A stretch of DNA of 64,000 nucleotides, from the NCBI RefSeq assembly GCF_003334765.1, contig NZ_QOWT01000001.1, one strand, 5' to 3'. Each line of letters starts with the position of its first letter. The stretch's first letter is position 1. This document shows positions 28,066 through 39,200 of the stretch, one piece after another. Made by a program: the position numbers and the translations under genes. Source of the DNA: Escherichia coli. GTDB taxonomy: Bacteria; Pseudomonadota; Gammaproteobacteria; Enterobacterales; Enterobacteriaceae. Below the pieces are notes generated by a model. That model did no database searches, was not told the DNA's origin, and was given only the letters and a program-made list of their open reading frames with translations.

Positions 28066-30327
28066 TCAGGCAGGAATTTTGTCAATCTTAGGAATGCGTG
28101 ACCACACGCGGTGTGCTGCCATCAGCGTTAGCAGTTCATCCATAAAACTACCGTCAGCGCTGTCAGCTTCCACAATCCCTTCTTCACCCTGGTCAGCGAC
28201 CTTGATTGTTGCTTTAAACTTGCGCGCGTCACCCGCCAGCGCAATCGGTTTAAGGTGTTTGTAGGCTTCCATCAGGTAGTAGTTGGCATCGCCGTTGTCA
28301 GCGATATCCGCGATATTGCCGCAAGGGACAATGACCGCATCGACCGTCAGCGAAGGTGCACCGGCAAAGGTAGCGGCTATAGGCAACACCGTACCGTCAT
28401 CCGCAGTCACTTCACCCATTCGGGAGTAGAGCAGTTTGGCATGAACGCCTTTGGCCTTCAGCGCCTTGAGAATGGCCAGAAGGTCTGCCGATCTCACTTC
28501 ATCATTAAGTAAAATCGCTACCACGCGACCTTTCACATCACCGTCAGGAATGGCGTACAAACTTAAGGATGGATCCTTTTTCAGACCGTTGACGTCCGGA
28601 GGTGGGGTGATATTCAGCTGGTCGTCAGTCAGTTCGATACCGAGATTTTTCGCCACCGCCTGGGCCAGAGTGAGATCAATATGCGCCAGCTGGTCAACAA
28701 CGCGCTCACGAATATACGGACGAACGACTTTGCTTAACTCAAAACTGAAACCATCGACAATATGGCGCTGCTCAAATGGCGTCTGACTTAGCCAGAACAG
28801 ACGCGGATGGGAATAATATTCGCCAAACGATGGGCTGCGCTCGCGAACTTTATTGCCTTCCACGCGCTCCTGGTATGATTCAAAACCGCCGCGTTTCGGC
28901 CCCGGCGGTGTTTCGCGCGGCCAGTTATCGTTAATCGAGTTCGGTTCGTAATTCGCCGGGTTAGTGTCGATCCCCATGCGATGCATGCCGTCACGCTGGA
29001 AATTATGGTAAGGGCAGGTCGGACGGTTAATCGGAATCTCATGGAAATTCGGCCCACCAAGACGACTGATTTGTGTATCGGTATAGGAGAACAAACGTCC
29101 CTGCAACAGCGGATCGTTGGTGAAGTCCAGTCCCGGCACGATATGCCCAGGATGGAAAGCCGCCTGTTCGTTTTCAGCAAAGAAGTTATCCGGGTTGCGA
29201 TTGAGCACCATTTTGCCGACACGCTGAACGGGCACCAGTTCTTCCGGGATAAGTTTGGTTGGATCGAGAAGATCGAAGTCGAACTTGAATTCATCTTCTT
29301 CAGGAATCAACTGGAAGCCCAGTTCGTATTCCGGAAAATCGCCTGCTTCAATGGCTTCCCACAACTCGCGGCGGTGGAAGTCCGGGTCACGTCCGGTGAG
29401 TTTTTGTGCTTCATCCCAAACGAGTGAGGCTTTACCTGCCAGTGGTTTCCAGTGGAAACGTACAAACGTTGCCTTCCCTTCGGCATTAATCAGGCGGAAG
29501 GTGTGAATACCGAAGCCTTCCATGGTGCGGTAACTGCGGGGGATGCCGCGATCCGACATCGCCCACATCACGTTGTGCAGAGTTTCAGGTTGCAGAGAAA
29601 CATAATCCCAGAAAGTATCGTGGGCACTTTGCCCTTGTGGAATTGCCCAGTGCGGTTCTGGTTTTACCGCATGAACAAAATCGGGGAATTTATGCGCATC
29701 CTGGATAAAGAAGATTGGCGTGTTATTGCCAACGAGGTCAAAAATACCCTCTTCGGTATAGAACTTGGTGGCAAAGCCACGGATATCACGCACGGTATCA
29801 GCAGAGCCAGCACCACCCTGAACGGTAGAGAAACGTACAAATACTGGGGTGATTTTGTTCGGATCTGAGAGGAAATCCGCTTTGGTAATATCGCTTAAGC
29901 TTTTATATGGCTGGAAATAACCGTGAGCGGCTGATCCGCGTGCATGAACAATACGTTCCGGAATGCGCTCATGGTCAAAGTGGGTGATTTTCTCGCGCAG
30001 AATAAAATCTTCCAGCAGCGTTGGACCACGGCTACCGGCACGCAGTGAGTTTTGATCGTCGGCGATGCGCACGCCCTGATTAGTGGTCAGCGCATAATTT
30101 TCACTGCCTTTGCGTACGTCTTCCAGAGAATTAAGTTTTTCGTTACGCGTATCAGGGGCTTTCAGGCTCCCTGGGGCGGTAGGTTGTGCACCTGGCGGTG
30201 TTGGTTCAGCCGCTGGACGATGAGAGCCGTCCTCAGGTGCCAGTGAGTCCATCCCCGGTTTCGCTTCGCTGGAATCGTGTAGTGGTGACTGGTGCTGATG
30301 TGGGTTCTTTTCGTTATGTTGCGACAT
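28066..30327 (-). CDS. katE: Catalase HPII (large-subunit monofunctional catalase)
   Basis: 753 aa; [21 protein letters not shown]-terminus and catalase core motifs. Confidence 0.97.
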   Translation of the reverse strand: MSQHNEKNPHQHQSPLHDSSEAKPGMDSLAPEDGSHRPAAEPTPPGAQPTAPGSLKAPDTRNEKLNSLEDVRKGSENYALTTNQGVRIADDQNSLRAGSRGPTLLEDFILREKITHFDHERIPERIVHARGSAAHGYFQPYKSLSDITKADFLSDPNKITPVFVRFSTVQGGAGSADTVRDIRGFATKFYTEEGIFDLVGNNTPIFFIQDAHKFPDFVHAVKPEPHWAIPQGQSAHDTFWDYVSLQPETLHNVMWAMSDRGIPRSYRTMEGFGIHTFRLINAEGKATFVRFHWKPLAGKASLVWDEAQKLTGRDPDFHRRELWEAIEAGDFPEYELGFQLIPEEDEFKFDFDLLDPTKLIPEELVPVQRVGKMVLNRNPDNFFAENEQAAFHPGHIVPGLDFTNDPLLQGRLFSYTDTQISRLGGPNFHEIPINRPTCPYHNFQRDGMHRMGIDTNPANYEPNSINDNWPRETPPGPKRGGFESYQERVEGNKVRERSPSFGEYYSHPRLFWLSQTPFEQRHIVDGFSFELSKVVRPYIRERVVDQLAHIDLTLAQAVAKNLGIELTDDQLNITPPPDVNGLKKDPSLSLYAIPDGDVKGRVVAILLNDEVRSADLLAILKALKAKGVHAKLLYSRMGEVTADDGTVLPIAATFAGAPSLTVDAVIVPCGNIADIADNGDANYYLMEAYKHLKPIALAGDARKFKATIKVADQGEEGIVEADSADGSFMDELLTLMAAHRVWSRIPKIDKIPA

Positions 30328-30530
30328 TGAACTCGTCTCCTTAATTTATTACTGAAAGGGCCGCTGTTTTGGTCAAAAAACTCTCTAACTATAGACCACC
30401 AGCCAGATCCCGCTTCGGAGACTATTCTGGAAACGGTGTTATGAAATACACGCAAAGCGGGACGTACAGGGGCTAAATCGGCTAAACTACAGTTTTTCTG
30501 ATTTTTAATATGCGTTTAGTGAAGCCAGTA

Positions 30531-30773
30531 ATGAAGAAACCGCTCCGCCAGCAAAACCGCCAGATTATTAGCTATGTCCCACGCACGGAACCCGCGCCGC
30601 CAGAACATGCGATAAAGATGGATTCGTTTCGTGATGTCTGGATGCTGCGTGGCAAATATGTTGCGTTTGTACTGATGGGAGAGTCATTTCTGCGCTCACC
30701 GGCGTTTACTGTGCCTGAATCTGCCCAACGTTGGGCAAATCAGATCCGCCAGGAAGGGGAAGTGACTGAGTAA
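30531..30773 (+). CDS. cedA: Cell division activator CedA
   Basis: 80 aa from MKKPLRQQNRQIISYVPRTEPAPPEH; the 87-aa upstream extension was rejected. Confidence 0.85.
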   Translation: MKKPLRQQNRQIISYVPRTEPAPPEHAIKMDSFRDVWMLRGKYVAFVLMGESFLRSPAFTVPESAQRWANQIRQEGEVTE

Positions 30774-31061
30774 GGATTACATACCTCCCGGTTTTGCCGG
30801 GAGTTACATGACCTGAAATTCTGTATTTCGTTGCTACATTCATTCAAACCACCTGTAACAAAAAGCTGCCTTTGACGATCTATTGCTATAAATAAGTGAT
30901 CTTTTTTCTTTAATTGTTTATTTATTTTAAAATGGTTAAGTTTTGCTAATCATGATGAGCTATTTTTGATAGTTCATCCTGTGGCGTCGCTCTTAAACTT
31001 ATATTGTAAATGACTTAGATTTAAATGAGATAATAATTTTGTTAACAATATGAGGCGGGAG

Positions 31062-31865
31062 ATGTTTTCTACAAACTTAATACAGAGTAATTATGGTGAT
31101 TTAAATATTAAAAGCCTGGCTTTCGACTCTTTTAAAGAAAGGCTGCAGTCTACTATGACAGCACTCACTTTCTTTATATCAACGGGTCAATGTGACTGCG
31201 ATGAAATAGCAGAATCAAACTTTAATTATATGATTGCCTATATGTCTAACATTAACTATGATGCCTCAAAGCCAGGAGCGCCAGCACTTAGTTTTGATAC
31301 ATATCTGCAGGACAATGTTAAATATAGAGTAATAATTAATAATCTTTATGGTAGTGAAATTCGGATAAGAGGTATAAATAAAGATTTTATTGGAATGGAT
31401 GTCACTTCTGTATTTCGCCCAGAAAAAATGACCAATTTGATCAGTATAAAAAACAGGTTGGTTATTCACTATTTAAGGACTATATACTATGAACAAAATT
31501 ATATACATCCTGTCGGGAGCATTTTTGCTGCGATTCAAAAAAATGAGAGTCTCCTAAAGTTTCCTTCGATAATATCAATGCTTAATATCAATCTTCTTTT
31601 TAATCCACTAAATCTTCCGGGAATGGGAAGTGGTGTGCTTGAAGATATTATGAGTATTCCAGATAGTTCACTTAGAAAACGTCTCGGGTATGAGGTTTTA
31701 AGCTTCTCGCTACAGGCACATTCATTGAGCCAGGAATGTATTGATAAGTTGGACATTTTTTTCGCTGACGATCTGTTTAAATATGAGTCAGTATGCATCG
31801 CCGCGATGGAACATTTAAAAAGTAAGGCAACGGCCCCTATACAAAACGGACCGTTGCCAGCATAA
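31062..31865 (+). CDS. ydjO: Uncharacterised protein YdjO (AT-rich gene)
   Basis: 267 aa from MFSTNLIQSNYG; GAGG RBS 6 nt upstream; codon usage visibly AT-rich versus neighbours. Confidence 0.75.
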   Translation: MFSTNLIQSNYGDLNIKSLAFDSFKERLQSTMTALTFFISTGQCDCDEIAESNFNYMIAYMSNINYDASKPGAPALSFDTYLQDNVKYRVIINNLYGSEIRIRGINKDFIGMDVTSVFRPEKMTNLISIKNRLVIHYLRTIYYEQNYIHPVGSIFAAIQKNESLLKFPSIISMLNINLLFNPLNLPGMGSGVLEDIMSIPDSSLRKRLGYEVLSFSLQAHSLSQECIDKLDIFFADDLFKYESVCIAAMEHLKSKATAPIQNGPLPA

Positions 31866-31868
31866 GAA

Positions 31869-33260
31869 TTAATGGTGTGCCAGTTCGGCGTCGTCTTCGC
31901 TATCCAGAATGGCTTTATCGGTTTGCTTCAGCCACTGGCTGGTCAGCGTGCCAGCTGTCATCGAGCCACTAACGTTTAACGCCGTACGGCCCATGTCGAT
32001 AAGCGGTTCAACGGAGATTAACAGCGCCACCAGGGTTACTGGCAGGCCCATCGCAGGCAGTACAATCAGTGCGGCGAAAGTTGCACCACCACCGACACCG
32101 GCAACGCCTGCGGAACTAACGGTAACAATACCGACCAGCGTCGCAATCCACATCGGGTCCAGCGGGTTAATGCCAACCGTAGGCGCAACCATCACCGCCA
32201 GCATTGCCGGATACAAACCGGCGCAGCCGTTCTGACCAATGGTTGCACCGAAAGAGGCGGCGAAACTGGCGATGGATTCAGGAACGCCCAGACGACGCAT
32301 TTGTGCTTCCACATTCAGTGGGATAGACGCAGCACTGGAACGGCTGGTAAAGGCAAACGTCAGCACAGGCCATACCTTACGGAAGTACTTCAGCGGACTC
32401 ACGCCATTAATGCCCAGCAGAATGCCATGCACTGCAAACATAATCAGCAGACCGAGGTAGGACGCGACAACGAAACTTCCCAGTTTGATGATGTCTTGCA
32501 AGTTAGAACCTGCAACCACTTTGGTCATTAGAGCCAGAACGCCGTAAGGGGTCAACTGCATGACCAGGCGAACCAGTTTCATCACCCAGCTTTGTAGGGT
32601 ATCGATAGCGGCTAAGACGCGTTCACCTTTCGGCGCATCATCCTTCAGCAGTTTCAATGCAGCTACGCCGAGGAATGCGGCAAAAATTACCACGCTGATA
32701 ATTGACGTCGGATTGGCTCCGGTAAGATCGGCAAACGGGTTTTTCGGGATAAAGGACAAGACCAGCTGCGGAACGCTCAGATCAGAGACTTTACCAACAT
32801 AGTTACTTTCAATGGCGTTCAGACGTGCAGTTTCTGCACCACCCTGAACCAGACCTTCAGCCGTCAAACCAAACAGGTTGGTGACCAGCACACCGACCAG
32901 CGCCGCAATCAGCGTGGTAAACAAAAGCGTACCGATGGTCAGAAAACTGATTTTGCCTAACTGAGATGCGTTATGCAGACGGGCAACCGCGCTCAGAATA
33001 GAGGCGAAGACTAACGGCATAACGATCATTTGCAGCAGTTGAACATAGCCGTTACCAACGATGTTAAACCACTGTACAGAATCTTTAAGTACCTGGCTGT
33101 CAGAACCATAAATGGTATGCAGGGCAAGGCCAAAAACCACACCCATCACCAGACCCACCAGCACTTTTTTCGCCAGACTCCACTGTTTATGGCGGGTCTG
33201 AGCCAGCGCAAACAGCAGTACAACGAACACCACGATGTTCGCAATTAATGGAAAGTTCAT
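31869..33260 (-). CDS. tcyP: L-cystine transporter, sodium:dicarboxylate symporter family
   Basis: 463-aa polytopic ORF (ydjN). Confidence 0.9.
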   Translation of the reverse strand: MNFPLIANIVVFVVLLFALAQTRHKQWSLAKKVLVGLVMGVVFGLALHTIYGSDSQVLKDSVQWFNIVGNGYVQLLQMIVMPLVFASILSAVARLHNASQLGKISFLTIGTLLFTTLIAALVGVLVTNLFGLTAEGLVQGGAETARLNAIESNYVGKVSDLSVPQLVLSFIPKNPFADLTGANPTSIISVVIFAAFLGVAALKLLKDDAPKGERVLAAIDTLQSWVMKLVRLVMQLTPYGVLALMTKVVAGSNLQDIIKLGSFVVASYLGLLIMFAVHGILLGINGVSPLKYFRKVWPVLTFAFTSRSSAASIPLNVEAQMRRLGVPESIASFAASFGATIGQNGCAGLYPAMLAVMVAPTVGINPLDPMWIATLVGIVTVSSAGVAGVGGGATFAALIVLPAMGLPVTLVALLISVEPLIDMGRTALNVSGSMTAGTLTSQWLKQTDKAILDSEDDAELAHH

Positions 33261-33392
33261 CCCCGTTCTCCTGATCTTATTATTTCTATCACTGCGTAGC
33301 AGTCATAGTGTTGGCGCAAGATTAACAGAACTGTGAGCTGGCTCTTATATTCAAATGGAATTGCTTATTCCAGAAAGGTGATTTTTGCCTTT

Positions 33393-33983
33393 TTAGTATT
33401 CAACCTGATGCTTAATAAGCCGATGAAACTGGATCTGCAAGGTATTGATCATTTGCGATGACCAACGAACAGCGCTGTTCTCGGGTAATGAATGGGGCAT
33501 CCATACCGACCAGACAAATAATGCCATGCAGATAAAACGTTCCAGTTGGTTGCCCTTTTGGGGAACCAGGATAGGCAAGCGGAAACGCCAGCGGCATGGC
33601 CAGAGCAGGGGAACACCGGCGGGTGTCAGCATATCGGCAAGTATGTGGCTCAAATAACCCAGCACCATTCCTTGTAGCGCATCAGCCGGAATGAACCAGC
33701 CTTCCGGAACCTTAAGGTAAAAGGTTGCCAGCAGCGCAAATACCGCCAGCAGACTGTGGGTAAAACCACGATGCCCAAAAGCGCGGGCGATCGGTTTTGA
33801 TATCCATTTTAATCGCTGCCCAAGAAACGACTTTGGGTGATCGATGTCCGGTAACAAACACGTCAGGATTGCGGAAGGGACAATATGCCACCAGTCACCC
33901 TGTGCCAGCACGGGCGTCAGCTCGGCATTTTTGGCAAATACCGCACAAGCAATAGAAAAGAGAAGGTGACCTTCCGCCGTCAT
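33393..33983 (-). CDS. ydjM: LexA-regulated inner-membrane protein YdjM
   Basis: 196 aa from MTAEGHLLFSIACAVFA; two LexA boxes immediately upstream. Confidence 0.85.
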   Translation of the reverse strand: MTAEGHLLFSIACAVFAKNAELTPVLAQGDWWHIVPSAILTCLLPDIDHPKSFLGQRLKWISKPIARAFGHRGFTHSLLAVFALLATFYLKVPEGWFIPADALQGMVLGYLSHILADMLTPAGVPLLWPCRWRFRLPILVPQKGNQLERFICMALFVWSVWMPHSLPENSAVRWSSQMINTLQIQFHRLIKHQVEY

Positions 33984-33997
33984 GATAAAACTCACTA

Positions 33998-34035
33998 AAC
34001 TGTCGATACGTACAGTATAGGATTTTTATACAGTG
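33998..34035. promoter_or_regulatory. Tandem LexA (SOS) boxes upstream of ydjM
   Basis: AACTGTCGATACGTACAGTA (CTGT-N8-ACAG) at 33998-34017 and CACTGTATAAAAATCCTATA (reverse strand) at 34016-34035. Confidence 0.8.
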
Positions 34036-34145
34036 CACGGAAGTGGTGACGGTGTAACTCTTTCTCTTAAATTGACGATTAATCCGTCAGTTGAATGCAA
34101 TTTCAGATAAAGAACCAGGGGCAGCGAGATCACTGCCCCTGGTCA

Positions 34146-34814
34146 TTAACCGAGAAGGTCTTTTGCGGTGAGTTCTGTCAGCGATGAGAGTTTGACGTCT
34201 GCTAATACAAAACGTGGATCATTTTGCGCTTCTGGCGCAGGAACGACGATGGAACGCATGCGGGCTGCTTTAGAGGCGATCATGCCATTTACCGAATCTT
34301 CCAGCGCTACGCAGGTCAGAGGGTCAACGCCCAGTTTTGCTGCGCAGTCGAGATATACTTGCGGATGCGGCTTGCTGTAAGGCAGTTTTTCGGCCGAGGC
34401 GAGGGCATCGAAACTGTCGCGTAAGTCAAACATGGTCAACACTTTTTCCAGCATATGTAGTGGTGACGCGGAGGCCAGTCCCACCAATAAACCTTGTTCT
34501 TTGCATAACGCAACGGCTTCGCGCACGCCTGGTAATAATGGACGTGTCTCTTCAACCAGTGAAATGGCACGGGCAATAACCCGTTCTACTACTTCCTGAC
34601 GGCTTGGCCCATTCCACGGTTGCCGGGCGTACCAAAGATCGACCACCATATCGATGCGTAAACCTAAGGTGTCCGGCAGCTCGTTACGACGGGAGATATC
34701 CACCCCCAGGCTTGCCATCACATCCAGTTCGGCTCGATCCCATAAAGGTTCTGAGTCGATAAGTAATCCATCCATATCAAAAATTGCAGCAAGAATCTGA
34801 CGCGGGGTTGACAT
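34146..34814 (-). CDS. hxpB: HAD-family sugar-phosphate phosphatase (hexitol/2-deoxyglucose-6-phosphate phosphatase)
   Basis: 222 aa (yniC); HAD motif I AAIFDMDGLLIDSE. Confidence 0.9.
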   Translation of the reverse strand: MSTPRQILAAIFDMDGLLIDSEPLWDRAELDVMASLGVDISRRNELPDTLGLRIDMVVDLWYARQPWNGPSRQEVVERVIARAISLVEETRPLLPGVREAVALCKEQGLLVGLASASPLHMLEKVLTMFDLRDSFDALASAEKLPYSKPHPQVYLDCAAKLGVDPLTCVALEDSVNGMIASKAARMRSIVVPAPEAQNDPRFVLADVKLSSLTELTAKDLLG

Positions 34815-34960
34815 TACAACCTCTCCTTTAGAGCATTATGTGTAAGGTATTAAGCCGTGCTTATGATTAAGCGCCTATCATATCGCCTTTAAAGAATGGG
34901 CGAAAACAGATATCTACAGGTAAACTAAGTGAAACGACGCGTCTTAATCAAGGAGAACTC

Positions 34961-35497
34961 ATGACGTATCAACAAGCTGGACGCATTGCTGTTTTGAAAA
35001 GGATTTTGGGTTGGGTGATTTTTATACCTGCATTGATCTCTACATTGATTTCTTTGCTGAAATTTATGAATACCCGGCAGGAAAACAAGGAAGGCATTAA
35101 TGCGGTCATGCTCGACTTTACTCATGTCATGATCGATATGATGCAGGCGAATACGCCTTTTTTGAATTTATTCTGGTATAACTCCCCGACGCCCAATTTT
35201 AATGGTGGCGTGAACGTTATGTTCTGGGTGATTTTCATCCTGATTTTTGTCGGACTGGCGTTGCAGGATTCCGGTGCCCGGATGAGTCGCCAGGCGCGCT
35301 TCTTGCGGGAAGGTGTTGAAGATCAACTCATTCTGGAAAAAGCCAAAGGGGAAGAGGGGCTAACGCGTGAACAAATTGAGTCCCGTATTGTTGTTCCGCA
35401 CCATACTATTTTCCTGCAGTTTTTCTCACTGTATATCCTGCCGGTTATTTGTATTGCTGCAGGTTATGTGTTCTTTTCTCTGCTTGGGTTTATTTAA
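34961..35497 (+). CDS. yniB: Inner-membrane protein YniB
   Basis: 178 aa with several hydrophobic segments. Confidence 0.8.
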   Translation: MTYQQAGRIAVLKRILGWVIFIPALISTLISLLKFMNTRQENKEGINAVMLDFTHVMIDMMQANTPFLNLFWYNSPTPNFNGGVNVMFWVIFILIFVGLALQDSGARMSRQARFLREGVEDQLILEKAKGEEGLTREQIESRIVVPHHTIFLQFFSLYILPVICIAAGYVFFSLLGFI

Positions 35498-35537
35498 TCA
35501 AAAGGCCGCACGGAGCGGCCATTATCCTCAACCCATA

Positions 35538-36398
35538 TCATGCTGCTAATAATCTATCCAATGACTGCTGAGCAATAACCAAATGCTGACCGCCAAATAA
35601 CCTTGCACGATTTAACAGCGTGTAGAGTTGGTAAACCGGTTGACGTTCAAGGAAATCGGCAGGTAGCGGGGATACTGACTGATAGCCGTCATAGATTTGT
35701 GGCGGCTGTTCAGTATGCAGCGGTAACATCGCCAGGTCGCACTCTCGGTCACCCCAGTAGCAGGCCGGGTCGAAAATGTACGGGCCATCCGGACCCAGTG
35801 CACAGTTGCCGGACCATAAATCGCCGTGCAACAGAGAAGGCTGCGGTTGATGTGAGGCCAGACGCTGCTGAATATGCTCGACGATGGCGTCGATATTGCC
35901 GAAAGCGATCCCTTTTTCTGCAGCCAGTTCCAACTGCCAGCCAATCCGTTGTTCAGCAAAAAACGTTGACCAGCGACGTTGCCAGGTGTTGGGCTGTGGA
36001 GTTGTGGAGAGCGCGTTATCGAAATCAAGGCCAAATTGTGGTTGGTCGCTCCATTGATGTAAACGCGCAATTTGCTGACCAAGAATAAATGCGCTATGCG
36101 CATCCAGCGGACGAGGTGGGAGATAATCCATCACCAGAAAACTGTAGTCACGGTCAGCGCCAACTGCCCAAACCTTAGGCACGGTGACGGTTTTACTACG
36201 CGACAGTAACTCCAGTTGGTCGGCTTCGGCGGTAAAACCGGGAAGCAGTTCCCTTTCATCACATTTGACGAAAAAATCATGTCCTGCATAGCGCAAATGC
36301 CATGCGGCATGGACTTCTCCGCCAGGCAGTTCATTACGCAGTTCGATTTCGCCTTCACCTAACTGCTCGCTCAAAAGACGACTGATTGCCTGCCACAT
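35538..36398 (-). CDS. yniA: Fructosamine-kinase-family protein kinase YniA
   Basis: 286 aa; kinase-like HGDLWSGN motif. Confidence 0.85.
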   Translation of the reverse strand: MWQAISRLLSEQLGEGEIELRNELPGGEVHAAWHLRYAGHDFFVKCDERELLPGFTAEADQLELLSRSKTVTVPKVWAVGADRDYSFLVMDYLPPRPLDAHSAFILGQQIARLHQWSDQPQFGLDFDNALSTTPQPNTWQRRWSTFFAEQRIGWQLELAAEKGIAFGNIDAIVEHIQQRLASHQPQPSLLHGDLWSGNCALGPDGPYIFDPACYWGDRECDLAMLPLHTEQPPQIYDGYQSVSPLPADFLERQPVYQLYTLLNRARLFGGQHLVIAQQSLDRLLAA

Positions 36399-36503
36399 GA
36401 TGTCTCTCCCATGTTGTCTGCCAGATCATAAGGTTAGCGCAAGAATGCGGTGTAAAAACACGAGCTAACGCACACCACAGACTGATTATTGCCCAAAAAC
36501 CAT

Positions 36504-36794
36504 TTATTTTCTGTTGCTATTCCATTCCTCCCAGGTCGTGATGGTGATTTCAGGATCTTTGCCGGTTGCACTTTGGGTAAGCCCCGAAACCAGTTCTCTA
36601 ATTTCTTCTTCACTTTGGGTACTGATAAGTCCAAAAGTGTTAGTTCCCAGCTCATGGATATTTCCCTCATCATCCGTCATAGTGAGCAAAAAACCGTCGC
36701 GAGTCAGGTAATTATTCAACTCGTTAATTTCAGTCAATGTATCCTCATGCAACATGACGGTTATGACATAACGGACAAGATCGCCACTGGCCAT
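36504..36794 (-). CDS. ydiZ: Uncharacterised small protein YdiZ
   Basis: 96-aa acidic ORF in the expected position upstream of pfkB. Confidence 0.7.
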   Translation of the reverse strand: MASGDLVRYVITVMLHEDTLTEINELNNYLTRDGFLLTMTDDEGNIHELGTNTFGLISTQSEEEIRELVSGLTQSATGKDPEITITTWEEWNSNRK

Positions 36795-36894
36795 AGTTCA
36801 CCCCTTTGTTATCACATGACTTTTGAGCATAGTCGGAGAAACGCGTTGCCGACAGGTTGGTGATGATTCCCCCAATGCTGGGGGAATGTTTTTG

Positions 36895-37824
36895 TTAGCG
36901 GGAAAGGTAAGCGTAAATTTTTTGCGTATCGTCATGGGAGCACAGACGTGTTCCCTGATTGAGTGTGGCTGCACTCCCCGCAGCTACGCCAAAACGAACC
37001 ATCTCTTCAAGAGAGGCATTTTCTGCCAGTTTCAGTGTCATCGCGCCGACCATGCTGTCACCAGCGCCAACGGTACTCTGGCTTTTCACCGGTGGTGGCA
37101 CCACCTGAATACAGTTTTCACTATCAACACCCAGCGCTCCTTGTGGACCCAGGGAAACGACAACCCGTTTGGCCTTGCCGCTATTAACGATTTCCTGCGC
37201 GGCTTTGCGGACATCGTCCGGCTGGGTGAGTTCGCGATTCACCAGCGCACTGAGTTCTTTTTGGTTAGGCTTAACCAACTCGATGTTACCAATTGCCAGT
37301 GCTGCACTTAACGCTTCGCCAGAACTGTCGACGATGCAGCGGATCCCTTGTTTTTGCGCAGCGGAAATCAGTTGGGTTAATTTTTCCAGCTTCACACCTG
37401 GCGGCAGGCTTCCGCTTATGACCAGGATGGCCCCGGATTCAATTTCCAGAACTTGCTCTTCAAGCTGGCGAAACTCATCTTCATTTAATGCCGCGCCTGG
37501 CATAACAAAACGATACTGCTCACCGCTTGCTTCCACATGTACGTGTAAATTCTGCCGGGTCCAGTCTTTGGCTTCTACAGTAGCGACGGGGACATTTTCA
37601 TCCGCCAACAGTGAAACCAGGTGTTCGCCGGTCGCGCCACCCGCCGGGAAGATCGCTGTGGCACTGCCTCCAAGATGGGCAATGGCGCGGGCGACGTTGA
37701 TGCCGCCGCCCCCGGGTTCGAACACCGGTGCGGTACAGCGCAGTTTTCCATCGGGATAAATTTGCGGGGTAATTGTTGCGCTATCGAGAGAGGGCGCAAG
37801 TGTCAACGTATAGATACGTACCAT
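36895..37824 (-). CDS. pfkB: 6-phosphofructokinase II (ribokinase family)
   Basis: 309 aa from MVRIYTLTLAPSLDSATI. Confidence 0.95.
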   Translation of the reverse strand: MVRIYTLTLAPSLDSATITPQIYPDGKLRCTAPVFEPGGGGINVARAIAHLGGSATAIFPAGGATGEHLVSLLADENVPVATVEAKDWTRQNLHVHVEASGEQYRFVMPGAALNEDEFRQLEEQVLEIESGAILVISGSLPPGVKLEKLTQLISAAQKQGIRCIVDSSGEALSAALAIGNIELVKPNQKELSALVNRELTQPDDVRKAAQEIVNSGKAKRVVVSLGPQGALGVDSENCIQVVPPPVKSQSTVGAGDSMVGAMTLKLAENASLEEMVRFGVAAGSAATLNQGTRLCSHDDTQKIYAYLSR

Positions 37825-38110
37825 CATTTCCTCCTATAGGCTGATTTCAGTCTGGCACCGAATCAGCGGAAAGTGAAGAAATTAACAATATGATTTATTG
37901 GAGCTTTATTTAAAATTTTGCAGATAAATATATATAAATAAAAATCTGTTTTCGCCACATGCTTATTCAAAAAATGAAATAAGAATACATTGCTAAGTTA
38001 TTCGCGCCTTTTTATAATTCGTTACCTTTCCAGGGACGCTAATCTTTGATCCTTAAGAAAGTTTCCGGGACCGCGATGGTCTCTTTTTTTGTTGTACGGA
38101 CTCTTGATAA

Positions 38111-38869
38111 ATGAAGCTTTTGAAGACAGTTCCTGCCATCGTTATGTTGGCGGGGGGCATGTTTGCGTCACTGAATGCAGCTGCCGATGATTCCGTTTTT
38201 ACTGTCATGGATGATCCTGCCAGCGCTAAAAAACCTTTCGAAGGTAATCTGAACGCAGGATATCTTGCACAATCAGGCAATACGAAAAGCTCCTCACTTA
38301 CGGCTGACACCACCATGACCTGGTATGGACACACCACTGCCTGGTCGCTGTGGGGGAACGCCAGTAATACTTCTTCTAATGATGAGCGTTCTTCAGAAAA
38401 ATATGCGGCGGGCGGGCGTAGCCGTTTTAATTTAACTGATTATGACTATTTATTTGGTCAGGCAAGCTGGCTGACAGACCGTTATAACGGCTATCGAGAG
38501 CGCGATGTGTTGACCGCGGGTTATGGTCGTCAGTTTTTGAATGGCCCGGTACACAGTTTCCGCTTTGAATTCGGTCCAGGTGTGCGTTACGACAAATATA
38601 CCGACAATGCCAGTGAAACCCAGCCGCTGGGCTATGCCTCCGGGGCTTATGCATGGCAGTTGACTGACAACGCTAAATTTACGCAGGGTGTTTCGGTCTT
38701 TGGCGCGGAAGACACAACGCTGAACTCCGAAAGCGCATTAAATGTTGCTATTAATGAACATTTTGGACTGAAGGTGGCTTACAACGTCACATGGAACTCT
38801 GAACCTCCAGAGTCTGCACCGGAACATACCGACCGTCGGACAACCTTATCGCTGGGCTACAGCATGTAA
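38111..38869 (+). CDS. ydiY: Putative outer-membrane beta-barrel protein YdiY (DUF481)
   Basis: 252 aa with signal peptide and C-terminal aromatic residue typical of OMPs. Confidence 0.85.
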   Translation: MKLLKTVPAIVMLAGGMFASLNAAADDSVFTVMDDPASAKKPFEGNLNAGYLAQSGNTKSSSLTADTTMTWYGHTTAWSLWGNASNTSSNDERSSEKYAAGGRSRFNLTDYDYLFGQASWLTDRYNGYRERDVLTAGYGRQFLNGPVHSFRFEFGPGVRYDKYTDNASETQPLGYASGAYAWQLTDNAKFTQGVSVFGAEDTTLNSESALNVAINEHFGLKVAYNVTWNSEPPESAPEHTDRRTTLSLGYSM

Positions 38870-38921
38870 AATTATCTGCCGGACCGTGTTATGCGGTCTG
38901 GCTGTCTTCGTTTGTCACTGC

Positions 38922-39029
38922 TCAGCCCCAAATCATTGCTGCCCAACGTAGCAACAACATAGCGCCACAGATTGCCAGTAGCACCACCACCATCTTCCAG
39001 TGTTTTTTATCAAAGCGTTTAGTCGGCAT
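38922..39029 (-). CDS. yniD: Small membrane protein YniD (35 aa)
   Basis: MPTKRFDKKHWKMVVVLLAICGAMLLLRWAAMIWG, single TM helix; the frame stays open upstream to 39140 (72 aa) but the short form is preferred. Confidence 0.6.
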   Translation of the reverse strand: MPTKRFDKKHWKMVVVLLAICGAMLLLRWAAMIWG

Positions 39030-39200
39030 ACCAGTGTCCTGCATATCTCTTGTGCGTGATAACGGAGTGTAACAAAAGGGACAGGCATCAAGGGATTTTT
39101 TGTTATTACAGCCGTCGGGTGGCGTTGTGCACATGGTCACTGTTTCTGCGTTTTATGAAAAAAATAAAATTATGTATCGATATATATCGTAAATAGCTGG

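Noticed and set aside
30774-31061. Possible mobile element or insertion boundary flanking ydjO
   Set aside because: No terminal inverted repeats, direct target duplications, or transposase/integrase ORFs were seen; only compositional AT-richness.
38053-38337. 94-aa minus-strand ORF overlapping the ydiY start
   Set aside because: Overlaps the ydiY signal-peptide region on the opposite strand; no support.
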